Shown piece by piece: positions 39,321 to 52,224 of a DNA stretch of 64,000 nucleotides. This DNA comes from Mustelus asterias. Taxonomy: Eukaryota. The position numbers were made by a program, and so were the translations under genes. The stretch is taken from assembly GCF_964213995.1 (NCBI RefSeq), contig NC_135802.1, positions 99,572,001-99,636,000 of the forward strand, given 5' to 3'. The notes under the pieces were generated by a model. It did not search any database and was not told the DNA's origin. It saw only the letters and a list, made by a program, of their open reading frames with translations. How positions within the stretch are numbered: the stretch's first letter is position 1; each line of letters begins with the position of its first letter.

Positions 39321-41347
39321 ACAAAAAGAGTGCTAAGAACATCCTATAACAAATTCAAGCCAATTTCTTCGTTCTCCAAGCATCATTAGGCTTTTTCCTC
39401 TCATAGTTGGCAGCCTTTTTTTAACTGTTACTTCACACACTGGAGATTTTAACTTTTGCATTTTGTCTCTCCTGCAATATAATTAGCAGCAACAAAAGTT
39501 GATTTGATTTCACTCCATAGTGACCTATGTGGTTCACCACCTCTGTGTCAGCCTGCTATACTGTCGGAGGAGGAGGAGGCCTACTGCTACTAACAGACTA
39601 GGTTAATCTGTATGTATTGAGAAAACACAATTTTGCCATTTAAGAAGGGTAAATGGACCACGGCACCAATCTGTTGTGTCAACATTGTATAAAATTGACT
39701 AAATAACTGCTAACTCAGTATTTAATATAATGAAATCTTCTGTTCCAATATCATGTAGACAGGTTAATCAGTCCATCCACACAGCACAAGTATTACTGAC
39801 GTGATCAATTAAATTGAATAATTTAGATTTTCTCCAAGTATTTCATTCAAAAATCTAACTAAACTAAATTTCTTCGGTGTCAATATTTGCTGAGAACGAT
39901 GACCAACAATTCAGCATAAGTGGCTCTAATTGCTCATAATGATTGTGGAACCTAGTTCTTTGCAAGCTGTTCAGGAGCCAGGAAATGTCAATATTTATCA
40001 GTGATTAAATGAAGTCAGGTTGGTTCAGCTGATGAAAGGTACAGGATGAGGTTTTCATATTAAAGAAGCAGAAACGTGGAGATCTGAAAGCTGGTGCCCA
40101 TTTGTTTTTGGAAGCAGCTGTTTACATGTTTAAAAAGGAAATGAAATTTCTGTTGGGCAAAGAATAAAGTGATTTGTAATCAATGTGATACATTCAGAAG
40201 CTCCCCCTGATGTACGCGACAGGATAAAATATCACAGCCTGAGATTTCTGCTGGGCTATTGCAAGCGTAAAATTGGTCAGATCTCAGTGCAAAAGATCAA
40301 AGAGCTTTAAGAGCAACCTACAATTAGCATTAATTGAATGTCCACAATGTTTTGCTCGAGTTTAAAAAACATCAAACCCGTCGCAAAATTGGATATGCCC
40401 CCAGATTGAATTAATCACAACTGTGAACTTTTGTTAACTGCACCCTTTTATGGTGCTTTCATGAGACTCTTAAAAAAAAAGCTGGGTTTCTTTAGGCGCA
40501 ATATCACTATTAAAAACATTCTGAAAGCTTTTAAATATTAATTTTATTTTTAAGTTACTAAAGCTCGGACTGCTACACACTAATACAACCAGCAAATGGC
40601 CCTGTGGGTTTTTTTTCAGTTATTTCCAGTTACCTAAAATGGGAGCTTTTTTGTGAGAAACTGAGTTTCACGTATATTGATCAAACTGCACCACACTTCA
40701 ATGTATCAAAGAACATTTTTAAATGAATAATCTTTTTATATTTTAAAACACTGCCTGATTGCACTGGTTCATGGAAGATTTTACATTCAGCAATATGCAA
40801 ATAGGTTTGCCTGAAAAACTTGAGCAAAACTTTAATTTGCAAAACTAGATTTTCAGCACCCTTTAAATGAATGAGCTCTTCCCAGCACCACCCTGAATGG
40901 CCCATGTTCAAGGTTATGCCTCCCCTGGATTCTCACAGTTTCTTAGTATCTACTGTATCAAATCCTTCAATCATCTTTAATGATTAAATTTTATCACCCC
41001 TTAATCTTCTATACCCAAGCAATACAAGACTAGTCGATGCAATCTGTTGTCATGATTCAACTCTTTAAGCCTACATTATTCTGGTAAAACTGTGCTGCAC
41101 CCCCTCATCCTGAAATACAGTGCGCGCCTTTATGGAGTTAATAGAATTGTGTGTGTGCCTCTTTTTTTCTTCCTGTATCTCTGATACTTTATCCCGTTTT
41201 TATTGCATTGTTTCTCTTCTCCGTGCTTCAGTCGGATATTACTCTCTCTCTGTCTATATTATTCTGTTGCCCCATATTCCTTCCTTCTTTATAGGCTGGT
41301 TTTAATGGTGTGCAGAGGTTCCTGCCCCCTGCAAAAATTGCACCCAC

Positions 41348-41705
41348 CCATTGATTCCGCCTACACTTCCCGCTGCCTTCAAAAAGCAGCCAACATAATT
41401 AAGGACCCCACACACCCCAGACATTCTCTCTTCCATCTTCCTCCTTCAGGAAAACGATACAAAATCTGACGACACGTGCCAACCAACTCAAGAACAGTTT
41501 CTTCCCTGCTGCCATCAGACTTTTGAATGGACCTCCCTTGCATTAAGTTGATCTTTCTACACCCTAGCTGTGACTGTAACGCTACATTCTGCACTCTCTC
41601 GTTTCCTTCTCTATGAACGGTATGCTTTGTTTGTGTAGTGAGCAAGAAACAATACTTTTCACTGTATACTAATACATGTGATAATAATAAATCAAATCAA
41701 ATCAG
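41348..41705 (+). mobile_element. Rex1/Babar-clade LINE 3' fragment
   Basis: YTSRCLQKAANIIKDPTHPRHSLFHLPPSGKRY. Same 3'UTR and AAATCAAATC tail as 62240-62778. Confidence 0.85.
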
Positions 41706-42341
41706 AATCCAGAATTACAGGAGGGCTACTGCAACCCAGAAGAAGTGTTCTGAAGGACTAAGTTTAAAGTTTTCTTCCACTACAGAGCTGCAGATATGTG
41801 GAAGATTCTCCCTGCATGCTCATCACCAAATTCCTTCAAAACAAAGTTTCTTACTTATTTGGTTTGGAAACAAAATTGCCAGTTATAAGGGGAGATGTAG
41901 GTTTTGGATTATCAAACATCCTTAAGAGCCAGCTGTGGGTCAGTTTACACTCTAGGGGCCTGATTTTACCATTTTCATTCTAAGTGCCGAATCTGGGCGT
42001 AGTACAGATCCGACCTAGAAATCCACGTTCAGACGCCCCCATAAGCTTTCAGCCATCTCCAGTCCGATCCGCGCTGTGGACGGGGCTTATCACTGCCGGA
42101 ATGATCGGAGTTCTGAACTGCTACATGTGCAGTTTGAAAAAATTTTGAAAAAGCGCACCCGTGTCGGGAAAGAAAAAAAAAGTGGAAAGCGGAGAGAGCA
42201 GCTCGGAGCAAAAAGCAGCAGCGAGGGTGTATCTCGGGGGTGGGGGGGGGGGGTGCAGATGGATCTCTTGTGGGGGTGGAGGGGGTCCGCTGCCACTCTG
42301 CGGGCGATCGGTGGGGAGGGAGGGGGGCAACAGTGTTAAAT

Positions 42342-42690
42342 GCATCGCCCATCTCCATCAATATGAAAGGATCGCCCATATCCAGCAGGATGAAGTCATT
42401 CCATATTACGATCAGCACTAAAATGCCGCCAATATATATCATTATGAAAATGTCACCCCGACCCATTGACACGAAGTTATCGCCCATTCCCATCAGTGAA
42501 ACAACAGCTCCCATATCCTTTAGAATGAATATTTATCCCATCTGTTTCATGATGAAAATTTCGCTCAGATCCATGACTATGAAAGCATGGGAAATATTCA
42601 ACAGTTTGAAAAATGATCTTCCATCCATCAGTGTGAAATAGCTCATGTATCCATCAGTCTGAAAATATCTCCCTCATCTATCAGTCTAGA
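42342..42690 (+). repeat. Degenerate 27-bp tandem repeat (11 in-register units, then decaying units)
   Basis: Units such as GCATCGCCCATCTCCATCAATATGAAA and GGATCGCCCATATCCAGCAGGATGAAG. 9-aa periodicity in ORF 42240..42641. Confidence 0.8.
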
Positions 42691-42981
42691 AAATATCTGT
42701 CACATCCAAAAACCCCTCTCATCTCCATCAGTGCGAATATAGTGTAGGCATACATGAGCATGGAACGATTTCCCTTGTCACAAATTAAGAAAGCATCTCC
42801 CCTATTCATCAGCACAGAAAATATCTTCTGCATCCATCCCAACATCTCTCAATCAATCGACATGAAAGATAATATCTAACAAACAGAACAAACATTCCTA
42901 GAGCAAGCAACTAGCGCAAAATCTCCAATGGACATAAATATGAAAATTGACCTCCAATCACTGTAGTGATGGTGTATCCCT

Positions 42982-43305
<324 letters not shown>

Positions 43306-43823
43306 TTAGCCCTCTCGCCCCCCCCTCCCCTCAGAGATACATCTGACCCGCCTCCTCCTCCTCCCACCCCTCAGAGATACATCTGACCCGCCTCCCTCCT
43401 CCCCCACCAGAGATACATCTGACCCGCCTCCCTCCTCCCCCCTCCTCCCTCCCAGAGGATGATCTGGGTCAGAGAGCCGTTGGAGACTCTGAACCCGCTC
43501 TTTGGAAGCTGCAGCATCGGCTTCAGACTTTTATTTAGCAGGTCTCTAAAAGCGCGGATCCGGAACGGTACATGCGGCGGTAAAGTGGGAAATGATGATA
43601 GAGTTGGGCGGGCAGTTCATTAAATCGATGTAAATGCATGCTAATGCATTTAAATTGTCAGTCCGCCCGATTTTGGCACGCAACGGATCCCCGCCATTCG
43701 CGGCTCTCGGTAAAGTGGTGATTTGCTCAGACGCAGGTGCAGATCGCGATAAAGACCTCACACTCGACTTTACCGTGATTTCGCGCCTGAAAATGGGCGC
43801 AAATTGTTGGTAAAATCGGGCCC

Positions 43824-44035
43824 TAGATGTGGGTCAGTTATTTACACCCTAGATGTGGGTCAGCGGGTTACACTCTAGATGTGGGTCAGCGGGTTACACT
43901 CTAGATGTGGGTCAGCGGGTTACACTCTAGATGTGGGTCAGCGGGTTACACTCTAGATGTGGGTCAGTGGGTTACACTCTAGATGTGGGTCAGCGGGTTA
44001 CACTCTAGATGTGGGTCAGTCAGTTGCACTCTGGC
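43824..44035 (+). repeat. 26-bp minisatellite (TAGATGTGGGTCAGCGGGTTACACTC), about 8 units
   Basis: Units are directly visible. A related single unit lies left of the Harbinger element (about 41931-41955). The array runs into a tRNA-SINE head at about 44020-44075. Confidence 0.9.
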
Positions 44036-44492
44036 CTCTGATTCAGAAATTGTTGGTCCAACCCCCACTCCAGAGGATGAAATTTTAAGGAGCCCACAGG
44101 AGCAGCAAACAGAAGATCTCTGAATTAGATGTGATGCAAAATATTAATTTCCTGTGTGAATTTGAGATAGAGATAATGTTTGTGGCATGCCATACCTCCT
44201 GCACCATATGTTGGGTTTCCAGTTGTATGGTATTTGCAAGCCTTGAGTACTCAGTAACAACTTTTTCAGTAGACTCCTATCTTCAAGATAAAGCCAGCAG
44301 TGCACAAGAATCTTGTCACACACAGTTCAGGTTTGTTGCTGTGCACCGGTTGCCTTTGTGCAGTTGCGTCTTAGGTTAGTGGTTTTTGTGAGGGATACAA
44401 AGGTAGTTTTAAGGATTTATATTTGTATTGATCAATATGGTATAGTCTAAGTGGGATTAATTTAATGTTTCTGTGCCTGTAAGGGTATACAT

Positions 44493-44780
44493 ATAGAATC
44501 CTACAGTGCAGAAGGAGGCCATTTGGCCTATCGAGTCTGCACCGACCACAGTCCCACCCAGGCACTATCCCCACAACCTCATACATTTACCCTGCTAATC
44601 CCACATGGCTAATCCACCTAACCCACACATCTTTGGACTGTGGGAGGAAATCGGAGGACCCGGAGGAAACCCACGCAGATGTGGGGAGAATCCACCCAGA
44701 CAGTGACCCAAGGCGGGAATCGAACCTGGGTCCCTGGTGCTGTGAGGCAACAGTGCTAACCACTGGGCCACCGTGCTGCT
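44493..44780 (-). mobile_element. HE1-like V-SINE
   Basis: Reverse complement of the 3020 family. A partial copy lies at about 35160-35352. Confidence 0.85.
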
Positions 44781-45754
44781 AGTGTTAATGTAAGTTAGTT
44801 TCATGTTGAACAAAGGTATTTATATGTGTGCGTGTTGGTTAAGTTTCAATTGTGCTTTGAGAGGGTTGCGGTGTGAAGAATAAATGGTAGTACCAGTCGG
44901 TGCTTAGTATCTGGCGGCTCTTTTAAGGTGGGAAGACTTTCTGTTCTTAGTTTAGCTGAATTTGTTGGTGGTTAGAGACAGGACACCGGGAAATGAACAT
45001 TTCCCAACTCTGCCAGACGCTGGACAGGACAAGAGAGTTGTGAAGATGCAAGATACAGTGTAGATAACAAGGGAATTGAGACAAAAAGAATGTCTTAAGA
45101 TGGCTGAAGTTAAGAGAACAGAGACAAATACATTCTTCAGAAAAATTCAAGAGTAAACGAAGTATTCTGAATTAAATAGACAATTGCAATAACCAAATTT
45201 AAAGTAGACAGCAAATTTCAGAGGTAAATCCAACATTTGATGCCATTTTACTTGAGTCCAGAAATCTAGAGTTTAAGTATTTGTGAACAGTTTGTACAAC
45301 AGATAAGACAAAGAAATCCTAAAGGGGGTAGAACAGAAGCTTTGTTTAGGAACATAGGAATTAGGAGCAGATGTAGGCAAATTCACCCCTTCGAGCCTGC
45401 TCCGTCATTCAATCAGATCATAGCTGATCTCTTCATGGTTTCAAATCCAGCTTCCCACCTGCTCCCCATATCCCTTTATCCCATTTTTTGTTAGAAATGT
45501 ATCTATCTCCTTCTTGAAGCCATTCAACAATTCAGACTCCACCACGCTATGGGGCAGCGGGTTCCACAAATTCACCACCCTCTACAATAAGTAGTTCCTC
45601 CTCATCTCAGTTTTAAATCTACCACCTCTCCCTTAAATGAATCATTTGAAAAACCGGGACTGGATTTTGGAATGCAAAGCACGAATAGAAAGTATTGTTG
45701 TGAACAAAGATTTTAAAGCGTTTTTTTTAGGAGTGGAGTGGAGTTTGGAAACTT

Positions 45755-46296
45755 CAAAGAACAAAGAACAAAGAACAATACAGCATAGGAACAGGCCCTT
45801 CGGCCCTCCAAGCCTGCGCCGCTCCCTGGTCCAAAACTAGACCATTCTTTTGTATCCCTCCATTCCCACTCTGTTCATGTGGCTATCTAGATAAGTCTTA
45901 AACGTTCCCAGTGTGTCCGCCTCCACCACCTTGCCCGGCAGCGCATTCCAGGCCCCCACCACCCTCTGTGTAAAATATGTCCTTCTGATATCCGTGTTAA
46001 ACCTCCCCCCCTCAACTTGAACCTATGACCCCTCGTGAACGTCACCACCAACCTGGGAAAAAGCTTCCCACCGTTCACCCTATCTATGCCTTTCATAATT
46101 TTATACACCTCTATTAGGTCACCCCTCATCCTCCGTCTTTCCAGTGAGAACAACCCCAGTTTACCCAATCTCTCCTCATAACTAAGCCCTTCCATACCAG
46201 GCAACATCCTGATAAACCTCCTCTGCACTCTCTCTAAAGCCTCCACGTCCTTCTGGTAGTGTGGCGACCAGAACTGGGCGCAGTACTCCAAATGTG
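45755..46296 (-). mobile_element. Young CR1 3' fragment
   Basis: HLEYCAQFWSPHYQKDVEALERVQRRF...RGDLIEVYKI. (TTCTTTG)n tail. Confidence 0.93.
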
Positions 46297-46337
46297 ACAT
46301 CATCTGGGGGGATTCTGAGGAGAAATCCACCGACATT

Positions 46338-47205
46338 GGGCCCGATTTTACCATTGCGTCGCGCCTGTTTTCGGGCGTGAAAACGTGGTAAAGTCGGGCA
46401 TGAGGCCATTAACACGATCTGCGCTCACGTCCGCGCAGCTGGCCACTTTACCGAGGCCCAGGAATGGCTGCGATCTGATCCATGCCCGAAATGCATGCAT
46501 TTAAATTGAATTAATGAACTGCCCACCCAACTTTATCAGCATTTCCCCCTTTACCACCGCGTTCGCCAATCTGGAATCGTGCCGAAATGGACATGCTAAA
46601 TAAAAGTCTATTTCGGGCGCTACAGCGGCTGAAGAGGTGAGTTCAGAGGTTCCAACGGCTCTCTGACTCAGATCGGTGGTGGGGGGGGGGGAGGGGGGGA
46701 GGGGGAGGTGGGCCAGATCATTCTGTGGTTTGTGGGGGGGAATAGAGGAGGAGGCGGGTAAGATGTATCTCTGGTGGGGAGGGGGGGGCAGGGGGGTCCG
46801 CTGCCACTCTGCGGACGATCGGTGGGGTGCAAGGGGGCAGGGGGTCGCGATCGGTCTGGGTAACGGGGGGGGTGGATAAGGGGGACAGTTATGCCTGTGG
46901 GGGCCATTGCTCCCGCCTTTTGCTCTCTGGCCACTTTCTCTGCTTTTTGCGGCCTGGGAGCGATCTGACACAGGCGCGTTTTTTCAAAATTTTTTCTAAC
47001 TGCACATGCGCAGTTCAGAGCTCCGATCATTTCAGGCGTGCTAAGCTCCCCTCCCCCTCCCCCTCTCCCCCCACAGTGCAATTCAGACCTGCGATTTTTT
47101 TTTTCAGGCTAAGTGCGTATGGGGGCGCCTGAAAGCAGATTTCCAAGTCGGATCTGAATTGCGCCCAGATTCAGCACTTAGAATGAAAATGGTAAAATCA
47201 GGCCC
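46338..47205. mobile_element. Non-autonomous PIF/Harbinger-type element (868 bp); empty sibling of 41956-43823 in the opposite orientation
   Basis: TIRs GGGCCCGATTTTACC and GGTAAAATCAGGCCC. TSD ATT at 46335-46337 and 46206-equivalent right copy 47206-47208. GC/CpG-rich interior with no coding capacity. Confidence 0.92.
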
Positions 47206-48990
47206 ATTCACTTGAGATTCAGAGTGGAGAGTGTATTTGACCACAGCCATATTGTGTTTAAAGGAACATTGTGTTACGCAGACTGTTGTAGCTTAAGATA
47301 CGCTTTGCCATCCATGATGACCTTAAAATCTGTGTGTAATTGTGAAACTAAGGGGGGATTAAAGGAGTATTGTGTTATAATCTAATTTTTCCATGTTTAA
47401 TGTTTTTTCCTTGTTGTTAAAGCTAGTTAACAATCCTGTGACTGTTCCTCCATGTTTTATATTAAAAAAATAAAAGCTGTGGTCTTTTGAGCCAGGGTTC
47501 CACTCTGGGATCTTCCTGTACAGTTATAACATCAACTGGAATTGTAAAATTTCCCTTGCTGTACTCTGGCGCATGGGAAGGGAGCAGGAGAATGGCAGCT
47601 TTCATGGAGGATCTGAACAAGCAAGGGTGAGCCAGTGATGGTGGGGAAGGGGGGGTGCGAAATGCTCTTGGGGACATTTAGAGATGGAAGAGGGAGGACA
47701 GTGGGTACATCGTGGGCATGGAGGAGTGAAGTGTGAAGGGTCTGGCATCCAGGGTATGGTGGATGTGTAGTAAGGACAGTCAGTCAAGGTTAGAAAATAA
47801 GGTGCCTCAAGGGCGGTGTTGGTATTATCCAAATATGGTTCCATCTCAGGTTGTGGCTGGCAGATTCCTGACAGGGCGTTGAATTCATCTACGACATTTT
47901 AATTATCCCCCACTGAGAATGATCTCAGGAATGTCCTTTACAATACATAGAAGAGAGAGCCAGCTGAGTCTGTAAGTTCAACTATGTTCCACAGAGTGGT
48001 GACTACAACACTGGACACTAACATGAACATTCAATAAAGAGTGAGCAAAAGGCACATCACTGTTTCTTCCACAATAAAGAAATCTCTCTATCTCCCCTTT
48101 AACCATCAATGCATGCCAACCATGAAGTGTGCCAGGGCATTTAGCTCTCTGACTAAGCTAGTCTCAACAAATAAAAATGAAGCATACATGAATAAAGTGA
48201 AACCCATATAATGAGAATTACTTACAAGTGAAATTTAAATTCGAATGAACACCCATGACACCTCTGTGCTCTCAATAGGTCTTACTTCATTAGCAATAGA
48301 GTTGGACAGAACAGTTTTGACCATGATTCACAGCATTCCTGTTAGAGCAGGGGACTTTTTCATAGCCCACACATAGCTATAGCGTTGTCAGCTGACAGCA
48401 GGTTTCATCACGTAAAGCTTCCCTTGCTGTGGAATCACAGTGTCTCTAAAGTATACTCCTGGCACTTTAAATTTTAATTGTAATCGCGTGGTGAATGGGA
48501 AAAAGCAAAAGAGCAGAAGTGGTGCATGCTTCCAGTTCCGCCATCAAGTCTTGAGCACGAGTTTAAGCCAATGCTCTCAGGTAGTATTGTTGGAGGTGCC
48601 GTCTTTCGGATAAGATGTTAAACTGAGGCCCTGTCTGCCCCCTCAGATAGATGTAAAAAAATCACATGATATTTGAAAGAAGAGTTATTCCCTGTGTTCT
48701 GGTCAAAATTTATTCCTTAACCAATGTTACCAAAATACAGATCATCTATTCATAGGAACATAGGAACAGGAGTAGGCCATTCAGCCCATCAAGCCTGCTC
48801 TGTCATTCAATCCGATCATGGCTGATTAGACAACTTCAATGCCATTTCCCCACATTATCCCCTTCATGTGCATCATCACATTGTTTGTGGGAACTTGCTG
48901 TGTAAAAATTAGTAGCTACATTTCTTATGTTATAGGAATAACTACAACTACAATTCTAAATTGGCTGTAAAGCACTTTGGGATGTTTGAT

Positions 48991-49275
48991 GCCTTTTGGC
49001 TAAGATCAAGTGTAGTATCGACATGCTGTACTTGGTTGAAGTCATTAGGCTACATTTTAGCTTAATTTGAAGCAATTTTTAAAAGCGGCATCTCGGCCTT
49101 TTGGCTAAGATGCAAATGAGATCAAGCCTTGGAGGAGGTGCAATGGGTGCTCCAATCAGCTTGGAACATGTAGATCAAGCCAAGACAGGAGGTGAAAGCC
49201 CTGTCTTGTCAGCTTGGATCGGGAATGTCTCACTTGTTGAGACTCTGAATTGGACTTGATTTGATTGAATTGGAT
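48991..49275 (+). mobile_element. U2 snRNA-headed repeat (two U2 5' fragments plus tandem hairpins) inserted in a SINE tail
   Basis: 48991-49019 matches U2 nt 12-40 (GCCTTTTGGCTAAGATCAAGTGTAGTATC). 49091-49111 matches U2 nt 7-27. The flanks join into a SINE-type tail (AAAGCACTTTGGGATG...TGAAAGG...ATATAAATG). Confidence 0.7.
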
Positions 49276-50919
49276 AAATAAATGAAAGGGGCCATATAAA
49301 TGTAAATCTTTCTTTCTAATACTCCGTGGCAAATGACTTTGTGAAGATAGGAGAAGGAGAACATCATTCAGGAAGGGCAGTAACTAGGATTGAATTGGGA
49401 GATATGGGGATGTGTTGATCTTGAAGTATTTATACAAAATGTTCCCTTAGGAAAGGAGTCAACAACTTTTCTCATCTTGGGAGGCTTTTTCTAAAAACAT
49501 ACCTTCAATAAAATCTATTGATAGTCACAAGATGAGAATTCAACATTTCTAAACCAAATATTTGACAAATTGCCAACTGTCCCTGGTAGAATATATGATT
49601 TGCATAAATAAGAAAAGTATTGAATTCATGTCTCAGTAGAAAAAAAACAATTAAAGTAGATTTCATTCTGAATTATCACATTTTTGACATTGTTTTTAGT
49701 ACAATTGTGAATGTAAAGTCATCATTAAAGCAAATTTCAACATGCATAGGAGTGGGTTTTTTGCCATTATTTTTGTGCTTTAAAAGAAGTTTCTAATAGC
49801 ACATTCAAAATAATTTCTCATCTCAGCTATATTAGAAACAATAATAATTATAACCATAAAACCTTGAACCAAAGGCATTTTCTAAAACCATGGTGAAGCA
49901 ATACCACTTGAACCACAGGATGCTCTGACTTCCCATGAAATCTTTCCCTCTCAGCTGGCCTTCAGCAACGTTCCTTCTCCACTAGCATGGATATCGACTT
50001 TTGACCACTCCAATACATTTAGATGATGACACAGAGGATAGGGGAGCCCTGAGAAACCCTGTTGATTTCCCTTTTACTGACACAGTTTAATTGACCCATG
50101 CAATTCCAGTGCAGGATCGAAGAGTATGGAGCCTGCACTTGTGGGAAGAACTTGCCAACCTGGTATTTTAACCACCTCCATTTCTTGTTAAGATTACGGA
50201 GTTAAGGTGAATAGATGCAGTTCATATATAGATCAGCCATGATTTAATTAAATGGCACAAAATGCTTGAGGGGTTGAATGGCCTAATCCTGTTCCTATTT
50301 TCCTAAACCTTCTTAAGGCCGGGAGGACCTTTTATGGTTGAGTCAGATCCATTTTTAAAATCAGGGTTTCTTCAAGTGTTTAGCTCTTTCTCCTTTCCAA
50401 AGATATAGTGAGTTATGCGCTGCCTGGTATAGAGGCGGGTTGCTTCACATCCTTTTAAAAAGCACCTGGATGAGCACTTGGCACATCTTAACATTCAAGG
50501 CTATGGGCCAAGTGCTGGCAAATGAGATTAGGTGGGAGGTTAGGTATTTCTGGCGTGTCGGTGCAGACTCGATGTGCCGAAGGGTGTCTTCTGCACTGTA
50601 TGATTCTATGAGTGTGCCTAGCTGTAACATGGGATTGTCCTCAGTTCCAGAGATAGGCTCCCATGCAGAAAATTTCTGGGGGATCACCCTGCTTTTATAA
50701 CTGACACCTGAGGAAAATGGATCAGGCTTGTTCAGGCCAAAACTCCTCTCCTCCCCGACAGTGATACCACCATACAGGTAGCTTCAGGTCCACAGCCCCA
50801 GTTGAAGAATTAGCAACGGAAAAGGCACAAAGGTCTCCAAGTCTTTTACTCCAAGTTACAAAGCCAATGCTTAAAATGGACCGGGCAAACCCAAATCCAT
50901 TCCTTGCTTGCTCCAAAAA

Positions 50920-51035
50920 ACAAATCAAATTGAATCCAATTCAAGGTCCCCATAAGAGAGACAAATAATATCCAAGCTGACAAGATGAAGCACTGCATCC
51001 TATCTTAGGCTTGATCTGATGCTTGACCTTAGCTT
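50920..51035 (-). repeat. Diverged relative of the U2-headed element
   Basis: The minus strand reads GCTAAGGTCAAG...AGATCAAGCCTAAGATAGG...CATCTTGTCAGCTTGGAT...GTCTC...GGGAC...TGAATTGGATTCAATTTGATTT, which is colinear with 49171-49270. Confidence 0.65.
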
Positions 51036-51219
51036 AAACTTCTATGGCTCTACAAAATAAAAATAACAATAGTATCTTATTTGTAGATTTCAACTGATTT
51101 TCTTTGACAAAAAAATTCCCTCTAAGTTATCTTTGCAATCTGGAAATGAGTGTGGAAACTATGGCCAGGCACGGAATCTGGTAAACATCTTCGCTAATGA
51201 GGCAATTCTTGTGACATTA

Positions 51220-51500
51220 AGTTTAAGTTTATTTATTAGTGTCACAAATAGGCTTACATTGACACTGCAATGAAGTTACTGTGAAAATCCCCTAGTCGCC
51301 ACACTCCGGCGCCTGTTCGGGTACACTGAGGGAGAATTTAGCATGGCCAATGCACCTAACCAGCACATCTTTCAGACTGTGGGAGGAAACCCCACGCAGA
51401 CACATGGAAAACGTGCAGACTCCACACAGGCAGTGACCCAAGCCAGGAATTGAACCCAGGTCCCGGGTGCTGTGAGGTAGCAGTGCTACCCCCACTGTGC
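51220..51500 (-). mobile_element. HE1-like V-SINE head and body with a different (L2-like) tail
   Basis: Same head and V-domain. The 3' end instead reads GGGGATTTTCACAGTAACTTCATTGCAGTG...AATAAATAAACT. Confidence 0.75.
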
Positions 51501-52224
51501 CACTGTACTTGTGAGTCATCTAGTCACGATTGTAAAAATATTTAACCAAGCATGTGGCTGACAATGATGTACACTCTCTATATTTTTAATTTTAAAAATG
51601 CAGAATAATTCAGGTTCCATAACCATTTTCATTGCCCCAGTGGGTAAAATCAGTAAAGAAATGAGTTACAGATTACTATCGCGTGGCCTTTGATGGAAAA
51701 TACGCATTTATAGATATCAGATAGAGGCACACAAATTGAGACAGCCTCCGTGATCAAATAGTTTTCCAAAGAATAACTACTTGAATGAGATGCCACATCC
51801 AAAGAACCACCTCTCCCAATCAATAAGCATTGTTATGAGGCTATGGGAAGTGGGAAAAAAACAGAAAAACAATTGCCAAATCAGTTTTAAAAAAACATAG
51901 CAACGTGCTATTACTTTGATTTTATCATCTAATTAATATCAATGTGAAAAACCCTTATCACAGAAACCTTTCGATGGTGATCATGTCAATCTTCTGAGTT
52001 GTAGTACTAAGCTGGCTGAGAAATTTGATTTTCTGCCAAGCTTGTTCCTATGTTGCATTTTCTGCCTCCAAAGTATACTGCCAAACCCAGGGTAGAAAGG
52101 TTAGTGCACAGCACATCTTCTATTACATTCACTTGGTAGCCAAATTTCTTCCAGGCCTTTTTGATTGTTATTTCAGTTTTGGATACAGTGCTGGCACATT
52201 GTGTCAACCTACAACTGTTATGTA

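Larger units (their letters stand above)
44387..47549 (+). mobile_element. Probable solo LTR interrupted by a SINE, two CR1 fragments and a Harbinger MITE
   Basis: Begins TGTGAG and ends ...TTGTAAAA (decayed CA). AATAAA near the 3' end (about 47468). Possible 4-bp TSD TTTT/TTTC. Non-coding. Confidence 0.4.

Noticed and set aside
43824-44035. CRISPR-like appearance of this array and the array at 6931
   Set aside because: The units are contiguous with no unique spacers, there are no cas genes, and the context is eukaryotic.
48991-49019. Functional U2 snRNA gene
   Set aside because: Only nt 12-40 are present, with no Sm site or 3' domain.
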